NCBI GenBank assembly: GCA_024281375.1
Contig: JAJSAD010000096.1
Location: 32,867-96,866 of the forward strand
Direction of reading: 5' to 3'
Length of the DNA: 64,000 nucleotides
Source: Alphaproteobacteria bacterium
Lineage (GTDB): Bacteria > Pseudomonadota > Alphaproteobacteria > Caedimonadales > UBA9215
Shown here: positions 47,060 through 56,710 of the stretch, one piece after another
Position numbering within the stretch: the stretch's first letter is position 1
Layout: each line of letters opens with the position of its first letter
The notes under the pieces: generated by a model
Told to the model about the DNA's origin: nothing
Database searches by the model: none
What the model saw: only the letters and a program-made list of their open reading frames with translations
Position numbers and translations under genes: made by a program

Positions 47060-49260
47060 GTGTGACACGAAGTTGTTATGTAGAATGTTTAAGGGATATA
47101 ATCGTGGAAGACTGATTCCATGAATAGTGTACCCCAAGAACCGACTTTTTCGCAAGGGTGTCCCTATCCAGATGTGCAAAGAGAGTAATTTTTTTTGCAA
47201 AGCTCTGGTGACAATGTAGCCGCAGGAAGTCCTGTAGGATTTGATCGTGAGAAAGAATCTGAAACTGCCAGTATCAGGTGGTGAGGAACTAGGGAAGCAG
47301 AATAGGGAGAACATATGTGAACTTTTTAAAATGTCGTGAGCGACACAGAGTGAAAGATACTGTAACACTCTCGCCAAAAGGCATTGCAATTGGGAATGAA
47401 GGTGTCGTTGCTACTTCATCGCGAACCATAAAATTGCCGGCATAAAGAAAGCTCCTAAGTTCTGCGCTAAGTCTACATAATAGAACGTGGAAAACCTGTA
47501 AACCTCCTAGCAATAGGAAAGCAAACCGTAAGGTTTTGCCCATGGGTTTGCAGGCACAGGATGTGATAAAAAGCAAATGTCTTTCTGTAATGGAGAGAAT
47601 ACAGGGCTATCCCTGGCGTGAAAACGAGCCCACTTATCACTGGTCTTTTGTCGTAAGAGACTTTGAAGAATCGTGTAAGGAATAAACGCAAATGACAATA
47701 GCTTTGCCTATTGGTGCCTCTTCCAATCAACTGCTCCTAAATTCCTGGGATGCTATCCCCTGGAAAAAGGCGGACAAAGTGATTAAACGACTTCAGATGC
47801 GTATTGCGAAGGCCACAAGAGAACAGAAGATGGAAAAGGTTAACGCCTTACAACGTCTTCTTACCTCCTCTTTTTACGGTAAATGCTTAGCCGTTAAAAG
47901 AGTTGTTCAAAGTAAAGGAGGTAAAACCCCTGGGGTAGATGGGGTTACTTGGCAAACATCTAAACAAAGGATGCAAGCTGTTGGTGCGCTAAAATGGCGG
48001 GGGTATACTTCTCAACCGTTGAAGCGCATTTATATCCCCAAGAAAGATGGACGAAAACGCCCTCTTTCAATTCCCACTCTCTACGATCGTGCTCAACAAG
48101 CTTTGTGGAAATTAGCCTTAGAGCCTGTCGCTGAGGAGCGGGCAGATCTGAATGCGTATGGGTTTCGTCCTATGCGCTCCACAGCTGATGCTATACAACA
48201 ATGTCATATAGCTTTGTCCCAAAAGACATCAGCAACATGGATTCTGGAAGGGGATATAGAGGCTTGTTTTGATAGGATTGACCATAATTGGCTAATGGAA
48301 AATATACCCATGGATAAAACCATCCTGGGAAAGTTTCTAAAAGCTGGATTTATGGAAAGTCAGCAGGTTTTTCCGACAACAATGGGAACACCTCAAGGTG
48401 GCGTGATCTCTCCCACTCTTGCTCTTATGGCTCTAAGTGGTTTGGAAAGATATATTAGAACTCAATTCAAATCACGGTCATCTAGCAAGGTTAATATTGT
48501 TACCTACTACGATGATTTCATCATTACGGCAGATACAAAAGAGATCCTCCAGCAAAAGATTTTTCCAATGGTTGTCGATTTTCTTAGGGAACGAGGATTA
48601 ACGTTATCCCCGAGTAAAACGAGAATTACCAATATCAAAGAAGGCTTTGATTTCTTAGGCCATACGATTAAACGGTATGACTGTGGGAAGGTGCTTATAA
48701 CACCTTCTAAAGACAATACTGAGACATTGATCAAAAACCTGAGAGAAACAGTGAAATCCATGCGAAGCGTGACGGCGGAAAGGCTCATTTACACTTTAAA
48801 TCCTAAGATACGGGGTTGGTGTAATTATTTCCGTCATATAGCGTCCAGCAGAACGTTTACCAAGGTCGATTATCACGTCTATCAAATGTTGGCCCGATGG
48901 GCCTGTCGAAGACATCCAAACAAATCTAAAGCTTGGTCTTTAAGAAAATACTTTAAAAGCCAGGGAAATAGAAATTGGGTGTTTAGTGATACAGTGACTC
49001 ACAAAGAGAAGATGAAAACGATCTCGCTTTTTGCGGCTCACAAGGTATCTATTCGACGTCGCATTAAAGTTAAAGGAGCGGCGCATCCCTTTGACCATGA
49101 GTTCAAAGACTATTTTGAACTTAGGAAAAAGAGTTTGAACATATTATGGTCGGGCGAGAAAAACTCGCCTTAACAAAGGCTTGAGCCGTATGATGGGAAA
49201 CTATCACGTACGGTTCTTAAGGGACGGGGGAACAGTAATGTTCCCCTGTTACCTGACTAC
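47060..49260 (+). mobile_element. group II intron (ribozyme plus intron-encoded protein); boundaries approximate
   Basis: 5' GTGTGACACG at 47060. Domain V GAGCCGTATGATGGGAAACTATCACGTACGGTTC at 49183-49216. Domain VI helix at 49221-49253 with bulged A at 49251. The RT ORF sits in domain IV. Confidence 0.8.
47692..49173 (+). CDS. group II intron reverse transcriptase/maturase (no endonuclease domain evident)
   Basis: RIYIPKKDGRKRPLSIPTLYDRAQQ (RT1-2), TPQGGVISP, YYDDFII (YxDD) and maturase X motif RGWCNYFRH. 493 aa, intact. Confidence 0.95.
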   Translation: MTIALPIGASSNQLLLNSWDAIPWKKADKVIKRLQMRIAKATREQKMEKVNALQRLLTSSFYGKCLAVKRVVQSKGGKTPGVDGVTWQTSKQRMQAVGALKWRGYTSQPLKRIYIPKKDGRKRPLSIPTLYDRAQQALWKLALEPVAEERADLNAYGFRPMRSTADAIQQCHIALSQKTSATWILEGDIEACFDRIDHNWLMENIPMDKTILGKFLKAGFMESQQVFPTTMGTPQGGVISPTLALMALSGLERYIRTQFKSRSSSKVNIVTYYDDFIITADTKEILQQKIFPMVVDFLRERGLTLSPSKTRITNIKEGFDFLGHTIKRYDCGKVLITPSKDNTETLIKNLRETVKSMRSVTAERLIYTLNPKIRGWCNYFRHIASSRTFTKVDYHVYQMLARWACRRHPNKSKAWSLRKYFKSQGNRNWVFSDTVTHKEKMKTISLFAAHKVSIRRRIKVKGAAHPFDHEFKDYFELRKKSLNILWSGEKNSP

Positions 49261-49446
49261 CCTCACTCTCAATAAAACATTCAGAAAGTATTGCGAAATA
49301 GCCTAAGCGAAGCGGTTTTGCGGCGATTTTGTTCTTTTTCATTTTGAGACTCCGCAGTGTACGTTTGGTACATGAAGGAAGGATCAAAATAAAAAAGGGC
49401 AAAAAGAGCCCAAAAGAGGCATTTCCCAGACTTTACACGGAGTTCA

Positions 49447-50596
49447 ATGGCCCTAGCCCACACCAAGACTTAAAGTATTTTCACGTTCTTCGAGGAGAAC
49501 AGTTGGTTCCCTTGCTTATCGAGCAGGGGTGTGTTTGCTGGATAAAGAAACGGGCGAGATTCACGATTACAGCAAGAAGCAAGTTCAGTCCGTCGATTTG
49601 CTACTTCCCGAAGATGCGCCACAGTGGGCGAAGGATTTACAAAAGAAGATTTCTGAGAACCGGACTGCTGGCGTTCAAGAGGTTTCCGATATTGCTGAGG
49701 CTGCTGAAAAGCGCAAAGACTCCCAAGTGTATCGTGAATATGAGTTCTCTTTGCACCGCGAATTAACCGATGCTCAGAACAAAGAATTGGCCTTAAAATT
49801 CCTTCAAGAACAGTTCTGTTCTAGGGGGATGATGGTCAAAGCAAACTTCCACTTTGATGTTGATAAAGAGGGAAACAGAAAACCCCATTGCCATGCTGTG
49901 ATGCTGACAAGGCGCCTTGAAGAAAATGGCCTTTCCAAGATGAAAGATCGGAGCTGGAACCACAAAGATTTGGCCACAGAATGGCGCAAAGAATTTTGCA
50001 ATTATTCCAATGCTGCCTTTAAAAAACTTGGCCTTGATATCGTGCTGGATCCACGTACCTATGCAGAGCAAGGCATTAACATTGAACCCCAAACAAAGCT
50101 GAGTCGAAATACCCTTGAAATCGAACAACGTCATGGGGCAAATCCTAAAAATATTCTCTCGACACCAGTAACGACTCGCGGTCAGGATTTCCAACAAATT
50201 ACCTTACGCAATCTTTATAAAATCATCGATAACCCCAAGATCGTTTTGGAAGATATCTCGAAGCAACAAATGACCTTTATGTGGGGAGATGTTGTTAAGT
50301 TTTTGGCGCGTCATATCGATGATCAAGCCTTGTTTGAACGTGTGTGTTTAAAGCTTCAAAACTCTGAGGAACTCGTTTGCGTCAAAGCAGGAGGCTCTTT
50401 ATCCCAACGGGTCTTTACAACGAAAACACGTCTTGAGGAAGAAACACGTTTTGTTGAGGGCGTACGTTCTTTAAAAGATAGTCAGACACATGCTGTTGAT
50501 ACTGAGGTGGCTCAGTCTGTGATTGAGTCTACGAACCACAAGCCTTTCAAGAGCGATATAAGGATCCTGAGGCTTCTTTCTCCGATGATCAGGTAA
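49447..50596 (+). pseudogene. traA: Ti-type TraA (MOBQ) relaxase domain, with a frameshift at ~49462 and terminated by an in-frame TAA
   Basis: ATG 49447 gives MALAH, then the frame shifts by 1 nt into ...RLKVFSRSSRRTVGSLAYRAG (catalytic Tyr motif). HFDVDKEGNRKPHCHAVM is the His triad. The TAA at 50594-50596 is in frame with the next ORF. Confidence 0.8.
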
Positions 50597-50611
50597 GATC
50601 AAATCCACCAT

Positions 50612-52909
50612 ATGGCGTCATCAAATCAGTTGAGCTTTATCGAGGGCTATGCGGGGGCTGGTAAGACCACCGTGATGCGCGGCATGAAAGAAATCTGGGA
50701 AGCCAGTGGTTTTAAAGTTTATGGGCTTGCTCCCACAGGGCGCGCAACGGATAACCTTGCGGACTGCGGCATTCGTTCACAAACTGTTGATCGCTTTTTA
50801 CGATCCTATGAACATGGCCAAAACCAGCTCAGCTCTAAGAGCGTTCTGGTGCTCGATGAAGCGGGTATGGTGAGCAGTAAGAATTTCACTGCGCTCATTG
50901 GTGTGACGAAAGAACTAGGTGTTAAGCTGGTAGCTTGTGGAGATCGAGGGCAACTTTCTCCCGTCGAAGCTGGTGCGCCTTTTAGGCTTTCTATTAATGA
51001 AATCGGGAAAGCGGATTTAACCACAGTTTTACGTCAAAAAGTTCCTTGGCAATCACAAGCAACGTCTCTCTTTGGAGAAGGCAAAACAGAGGATGCTTTG
51101 CGCCTTTATGGAGATCATGGCCGCATTAAGTTTGTTGAAGAATCACTGCCTCTGAATGTTGTTGAGCAATACAATCTCTCTCGTCGTATTACGGGAAATA
51201 TCGCCCATGAAATGAATCAAGATATTGAGCGGGCGAAAGACAATAAAGTTCTTGGGGGCGAAGAGCTTACCTTCAAAAAACACCACGATTACGCTTTATT
51301 CATAGACTGGAAAAACACACGGGATGCCTGCACAAAAGAAATCTTTCTGAACATAAGAACCTATCAACCCGTTATGAAGGAAATGGGTGTTGACGGCGTT
51401 GATTTCTGTAACAAGGTTATTAATCACCCTCATAAGATCACCCAAGACTACGACAAATATCGTCTTGCCAAGGCGCTCGGCATCGATTGGCGCATTGACG
51501 TTACCCACACCTGTGATCCGCGTCTTGAAACCAAAAAAGAGCTCATGAGCGATTGGTTTAAATCCACCCAAGATCATCCCGATGCCAAACAAGCCATGAT
51601 GGCCTATAGCAACAAGGATGTGCTTCACCTCAATATGATGGCCCGTCAGCTTAAAAAAGAATCCGGCGAGATCGGAAAAGAGGAATTTACTTATATCATC
51701 GAGCGTAATGCCAATGGTGCGTTAGGGGAAGAACTAGGAAATCGCAAAACCCTTCTTGAAGAACGAACCTTTAGCAAAGGGGATCAAATTGTCTTCACGG
51801 AAAACAACACAGGACTTGGGGTAAGGAATGGGACTTTGGGCCAAATTACGTCCCTTGATAAATCAAAAATCACAGCCACCTTTAAAGAGGAGGGCCTTGA
51901 GAAAGAGGTTTCCTTCGCTCCGAATCTGTACAAACGATTTGATAATGGTTGGGCTCTGACCATTCACAAAAACCAAGGGGCTACCGTTGATCTGTCCTTT
52001 ACTCTAGCCAGCTTTGAGCAATTTAGAAACCTAAGCTATGTGAGTATGACGCGCCATGAAAAGGACGCTAAACTCTACGGATCTGATTTTGATTTCTATC
52101 GTGAGGAGAAAATCTATGATCGTTTGGGGCGCCATCAAGATAAGCTGTCTTCCCTAGATTATTTGAGTCCTGAGGATTCTGAAAAACTTCTCAGATCTGA
52201 ACGGGAGCAGCTCAACAAGACCTTTGAAGCCGTCGGGCGTAAGCTTGACGCAGTGGGTTATGTGGGAGGCAGAGCATGGGGGCAGGTTTGCGATAAATTC
52301 CTGGGAAGAACCCCAGAGAGCAACCTCATTCGTGTTGATTATGAAGCCCTTCATTACCATAAGACAGAAGCCACCAGAGCTGATGAAGTTCTTCGAGGCG
52401 TTAAGTATGACGACTCTATTTTGCCTCGTGATGTTATTCCCAAGGTTACTGCTGAGGCTTCTGATGCGAAAGAAACACAGAAAAAACCTGACCCCAAAGT
52501 CGAAGAGGCTGCCCCTGTTACACCATCTAAAGTAGCCCCTAAAGAAGCTCATCAAGCTCAAGCGAAACAAGTTCCCCCTACACCCCCAGTGGAGACGGTT
52601 GTTCATACGGCGCCTGAGGTGAAGGAAAAGCAAGAAACAGCAGGCCTTCAAAAAGAACAAACCATTGTTATAGAGGCCCCTCGTAAACAACAACGCCCCC
52701 GTAAACAACAAAAACAACAACGTCCCCGCAAACAGAAACTACCCACGCAAGACTTCCAAAAGTTTGTAAGGGATGTCGAAAGTTCCATTCGTATTGAAGA
52801 CCTAGCAAAGGATATTTTGGGAGCTCAGAATCTTAATACGAGCTTGTCTAATTCTTCCCAATTAAGGTTTGGTCGCAATGGAAGTTTGTCTGTTGAGTTG
52901 AAAGGGTAA
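50612..52909 (+). CDS. traA: TraA RecD-like helicase portion (possibly non-functional fragment)
   Basis: EGYAGAGKTTVM Walker A, VLVLDEAGMV Walker B, and WALTIHKNQGATVD / SYVSMTRHEKD C-terminal motifs. Same frame as the ORFs on both sides. Confidence 0.8.
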   Translation: MASSNQLSFIEGYAGAGKTTVMRGMKEIWEASGFKVYGLAPTGRATDNLADCGIRSQTVDRFLRSYEHGQNQLSSKSVLVLDEAGMVSSKNFTALIGVTKELGVKLVACGDRGQLSPVEAGAPFRLSINEIGKADLTTVLRQKVPWQSQATSLFGEGKTEDALRLYGDHGRIKFVEESLPLNVVEQYNLSRRITGNIAHEMNQDIERAKDNKVLGGEELTFKKHHDYALFIDWKNTRDACTKEIFLNIRTYQPVMKEMGVDGVDFCNKVINHPHKITQDYDKYRLAKALGIDWRIDVTHTCDPRLETKKELMSDWFKSTQDHPDAKQAMMAYSNKDVLHLNMMARQLKKESGEIGKEEFTYIIERNANGALGEELGNRKTLLEERTFSKGDQIVFTENNTGLGVRNGTLGQITSLDKSKITATFKEEGLEKEVSFAPNLYKRFDNGWALTIHKNQGATVDLSFTLASFEQFRNLSYVSMTRHEKDAKLYGSDFDFYREEKIYDRLGRHQDKLSSLDYLSPEDSEKLLRSEREQLNKTFEAVGRKLDAVGYVGGRAWGQVCDKFLGRTPESNLIRVDYEALHYHKTEATRADEVLRGVKYDDSILPRDVIPKVTAEASDAKETQKKPDPKVEEAAPVTPSKVAPKEAHQAQAKQVPPTPPVETVVHTAPEVKEKQETAGLQKEQTIVIEAPRKQQRPRKQQKQQRPRKQKLPTQDFQKFVRDVESSIRIEDLAKDILGAQNLNTSLSNSSQLRFGRNGSLSVELKG

Positions 52910-54529
52910 TATGCTGGTTCTTGGAAAAATTGGGAAAGCAATGAAAAAGGCTGGCCATTAAAACTTATTCAAAATGAAAAGGGGTTAGATTTTAATGGGT
53001 CTCTTGCATTTGCCTCAAGCTATTGCCGTGGGAGTATTTCTAACGATATCGATGCGTTCTTAAAGGGCAAAAAATTGAGGGAAATTTCTCCAGCAGAACG
53101 TCAAGCACAAAACGCGGAATATAAAGCTGAACGCCTTAAGCAAGCGGCAGAAACAAAGCGCATTAACGATGCAAAGGTTCACGACGTCCAAACACTCGTT
53201 TCAAAGGCACAGCCTATTGCAGGCACGCCCGCTGAGACTTATTTGTGCAAAGAACGCGGCATTCAAGGAGACCTTCCAGATTCTTTAAGATATATCCCAC
53301 CGCAAACTCTTTTCTCTTATAAGGGAAATAAGATCCCCATAAAGAGTGGTGCATTACTATCCGTTGCAACAGATCATGATGGTGAGGTTAAAGCGATTCA
53401 ACTAACACAGCTCACAGAAAGTGGGCAAAAGGCTGTTGGCTTTGATGGATCAACATTACCAAAGAAAACCTATGGCGTTCAAAAAGGTTCTTTTGTGGAG
53501 CTTCAAAAAGGAAGCAATAAAGATCCCATCATTCTAGCGGAAGGTATTGAAACTGCCCTCTCTGTGAAAGAAACGGGTATCAAAGGAACAGTTCTGTGTT
53601 CCCTTGGCACGTCTAATATTGGTAACCTTGATGTGAAAAACCGAGAGGTTATTATTGCAGCCGATTGGGATGGCAGCTTTGAGGTACAGTCCTGGAAAAC
53701 AACGGAAAAAGCCAAAGGGAATCTTGAAGCTAAAGGAAATAGTGTTTCCATTGTTCTGCCCGTTGAAAATACAAAATTAACGGATCGGAAAGTAGATTTT
53801 AACGATCTTTTAAAACAAGAAGGTGTAGACTCAGTCATAGATCGTGTATCAGAGCAAGCCCCTGGGGTTTTTGGCCACGTGTCATCCTCCAGGGACTTTC
53901 AACTTGAGGATTCCCATGAAAGACAAGAAGATCATAACGTTTCCGAAAAGCAACCTGCTGACCCTGGGCTTAACCCATCAACAGATCACGCCGAAAACAC
54001 GGGGCAGCTTTTGGCGCAAATGGATAAGAAAGCGGACGAAAAAACTTTTCAAGACGCGGCCTTAAAAGATAATATTCTTGCGTATTTCGAGCAAGAACTT
54101 GCAAAGCCAGAAAATAGAAACTGGAACAAAGACCACGTCCTAGAAGACGTTCAACGCGATCCTCTTGATGCCCTCAATTGGTGGAAAAAAGAATGTGGCG
54201 GTGGTGCTTTTGATCCTAGTAAACCCCTTAGTGAGCAGCCTTCAAGTTTACAGGTTGATATCACTCTGACTGACACGTCGAAAACCTCTGAAGGTGATTT
54301 CGCGAAAGACTTCGCTAAAGAGCTTAAGAACCTGGATGACAGTATCGAACGCGTCGCTAATAAACAGGACTACCAAGGCGCCCTCGCCAACTACACCCAA
54401 CAACGCGAAGACCTCCTAAAAGGCCTTGATGACACAAAAATTCAAGACCTCAAATCCCAGGAGCCAGACCTTGCCCACCGCGTCGAAGAACATCAAAACA
54501 GCAAGAAAATAACCGAGGATCGGGCTTAG
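52910..54529 (+). CDS. Toprim/primase-like module, in frame with the TraA helicase ORF across the TAA at 52907-52909
   Basis: 55 open codons link the stop to the track ORF (YAGSWKNWESNEKGWPLKLIQNEKGLDFNGSLAFA...). Toprim signatures ILAEGIETALSV and IIAADWDG are present. Confidence 0.7.
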   Translation, partial: YAGSWKNWESNEKGWPLKLIQNEKGLDFNGSLAFASSYCRGSISNDIDAFLKGKKLREISPAERQAQNAEYKAERLKQAAETKRINDAKVHDVQTLVSKAQPIAGTPAETYLCKERGIQGDLPDSLRYIPPQTLFSYKGNKIPIKSGALLSVATDHDGEVKAIQLTQLTESGQKAVGFDGSTLPKKTYGVQKGSFVELQKGSNKDPIILAEGIETALSVKETGIKGTVLCSLGTSNIGNLDVKNREVIIAADWDGSFEVQSWKTTEKAKGNLEAKGNSVSIVLPVENTKLTDRKVDFNDLLKQEGVDSVIDRVSEQAPGVFGHVSSSRDFQLEDSHERQEDHNVSEKQPADPGLNPSTDHAENTGQLLAQMDKKADEKTFQDAALKDNILAYFEQELAKPENRNWNKDHVLEDVQRDPLDALNWWKKECGGGAFDPSKPLSEQPSSLQVDITLTDTSKTSEGDFAKDFAKELKNLDDSIERVANKQDYQGALANYTQQREDLLKGLDDTKIQDLKSQEPDLAHRVEEHQNSKKITEDRA

Positions 54530-54558
54530 GAATTTAAGTCTAGTAACCTGTTCCTCTT

Positions 54559-55962
54559 TTACGAATATAACTCTTTCCTATTTTCCAAATATTTCTTCAA
54601 AAAGAAATGGGCTCTTAACGTAGGGTCTACTTTTTCAGAATTAAATTGAAGATCATGTTCATCTACCTCACTAGTATCTACACCAGAGTTCATTTTTTCA
54701 ATATCGCTGTAAGTAAGGCCAAGTTTCTTCATTAAGCGTTCCAGATAGAGAAAAGTGTTCTGGTAAGACCTAGGGTTATCAAAAGTAAAATCTCTATTCA
54801 GTAATAAAAGAGCTCCTATCAATTCCCTTGTCCCTAATTTTTCAGTGCGCCATATTTTATAAAAAAGCAAATCAGATAAACGCTGACCAAAATATGGGTT
54901 GTATGAGACTTCATTTCTCTTAGTGGTCCAATTATTAGTTAGTAAGTATTTTCCAAGTGCTCTTTGCACATCATCTGAAAAACCAAAGGATCGATAGTTT
55001 GATAATAAATATGACTGTGTTTCATGAAAGTTATGCCTCCCTGCCCTCATAGAATGAATTGGCTCTCCTCTCCTATTGTCACCGCCACTTCCCCAAACTG
55101 CAAAAACAGAATCAGGAATCATTGATGATATATGATCGATATATGAAATACTGGAATGGGTGAGTATACCTGTTCCCTCCAAAGACACGCCAGGAGGATA
55201 TAAAGCAGCATGTTGAAACACACTATGGTGATCATCGACAGAGTTAATTTGATGAGGTTTTCCTGATTCCCCCCTTGTTAAGAGGGCAACGGGGTCGTTA
55301 TCAAAATAAAAGCGTGTATGGGCAGATCGACAAAACCTAAGATTTAACACTTTACATAATTCTGCTCCTAAAATGGGAGGGGCTCCAAGGGTCAATAGAG
55401 AGCAAAATCCCTCAGGAAATTTGTGAGGGTTGTGATCATGCATAGCAATCAAATCTAAAGCAGCTAAATTTGTAACAGCTCCTCCCAAACTGTGCCCAGA
55501 TAAAACAAGGAATTGATCTTCATCAAGGTGATCAAAATGTTCAACGGGATCCAAAAACTCGTAATAATCAAAAATACCTTTATGAACAACACTTTCAGGA
55601 AAATTAGGAAAGCACACTTTGGTTGAAGCTCTGACGGCTGTCAAATCTGCAACAGCATGACCATAACTATCCGTCCCCTTAAATGAAATGACTTTTAAGG
55701 GGCCATTGTTGGCTTCAATGCCATATTGATAACCGTCATGGTTTCGTAAACTCACAATATCCCAACCAGCCTCTTCTAAGCCAGAAGTATATTTGCTCTC
55801 CTCTATGCCATAAGCTACATGGCACAGTTGCGTCATCTCTTTAACGTCTTGGTGGTCGTAAGTGTTTAATAGGTTACTTATCTCTCTGCTTTCAGTTGAA
55901 GCTAATAATGTATTGCTAACAAAGCAAAGAGTTATAGCTACAAGGTGTTTGAATTTCATCAT
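54559..55962 (-). CDS. secreted class-3 lipase-family alpha/beta hydrolase
   Basis: Signal peptide MMKFKHLVAITLCFVSNTLLAST and nucleophile elbow LSGHSLGGAV. Confidence 0.7.
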   Translation of the reverse strand: MMKFKHLVAITLCFVSNTLLASTESREISNLLNTYDHQDVKEMTQLCHVAYGIEESKYTSGLEEAGWDIVSLRNHDGYQYGIEANNGPLKVISFKGTDSYGHAVADLTAVRASTKVCFPNFPESVVHKGIFDYYEFLDPVEHFDHLDEDQFLVLSGHSLGGAVTNLAALDLIAMHDHNPHKFPEGFCSLLTLGAPPILGAELCKVLNLRFCRSAHTRFYFDNDPVALLTRGESGKPHQINSVDDHHSVFQHAALYPPGVSLEGTGILTHSSISYIDHISSMIPDSVFAVWGSGGDNRRGEPIHSMRAGRHNFHETQSYLLSNYRSFGFSDDVQRALGKYLLTNNWTTKRNEVSYNPYFGQRLSDLLFYKIWRTEKLGTRELIGALLLLNRDFTFDNPRSYQNTFLYLERLMKKLGLTYSDIEKMNSGVDTSEVDEHDLQFNSEKVDPTLRAHFFLKKYLENRKELYS

Positions 55963-56075
55963 AGAGTCTTCCTGTAAAGTGTTATCTCTGATAACGTATC
56001 ACAAAAAAAAGAGTGAGGTAAACTTCAGATTTGAAAAGTGGCAGAAAGTTTAAAGATCACGGTCGTGCTGCTGCT

Positions 56076-56681
56076 TTAGGGATTTAAACAATTTGTAAAG
56101 AAGCTTTCCATTTCTGCTCTTTTATCTTTAGGTAATGGTCCATTGGGTGAGGTGTTATTTTGGATGCGCCATATTTTTTTCAATCCTACATCCCATTTTT
56201 TTGGTGTAGCTCTTAGAGCAACAGCCCATAAATGGTGCACATAGGCTTTTTTGCTCTCATTAGGATACAAGTCTAATGCAGAAAAAAGCCTTTTAAATTT
56301 CTTCAGCCCTTTCCCTCCCTCAAGATCAGCATTAACTTTTTGGCAATTCACAAAGGTTTTTCCAATGCACTCATCAATGTATTTGCCTAGTTCATGGGTA
56401 GCTGACTTATTTGATTGGCGTGAATATGGGCTTATCAGCCTTAAGGTTTTATAATGAACTCTGACTGTCGAATCGATTTTTTCAGCCTCAGCATAAATTT
56501 CTTCAAGAATCTCATCAAACCTCTTTTTTGAATCTTCAAAAACTGCAGTTTTTAAAAATTCAAATTTGGACGGTTTTTTTATATACTTATAGTCTGCATC
56601 AAGTATCATATAACTTAATGTCCGAGGTGTTCCACTATCCCAGCGAATAGCTAATATTGCGTTTTTTTTCTTTTTCATCAT
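56076..56681 (-). CDS. hypothetical cytoplasmic protein (third gene of a three-gene cassette)
   Basis: 201-aa ORF. N-terminal ILAIRWDSGTPRTLSYMILD is faintly RNase-H/RuvC-like. No confident family. Confidence 0.4.
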   Translation of the reverse strand: MMKKKKNAILAIRWDSGTPRTLSYMILDADYKYIKKPSKFEFLKTAVFEDSKKRFDEILEEIYAEAEKIDSTVRVHYKTLRLISPYSRQSNKSATHELGKYIDECIGKTFVNCQKVNADLEGGKGLKKFKRLFSALDLYPNESKKAYVHHLWAVALRATPKKWDVGLKKIWRIQNNTSPNGPLPKDKRAEMESFFTNCLNP

Positions 56682-56710
56682 ATTACCCCTATAATTATTT
56701 TCGGAAAATT

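Noticed and set aside
46796-47730. Minus-strand ORFs of 197, 95, 85 and 63 aa between the TA module and the RT gene
   Set aside because: They overlap group II intron domains I-III (structured RNA) and the AT-rich spacer. No motifs, and they are mutually overlapping.
147-54529. Stop-codon reassignment (UGA, UAG or UAA read as sense) as an explanation for the in-frame stops
   Set aside because: All three stop codons are involved, and all three also terminate conserved genes at their expected ends. Examples are TAA for gpmI, uvrA, tig and clpP, TAG for ETF-QO and neuB, and TGA for the DegT-like gene in an ATGA overlap.
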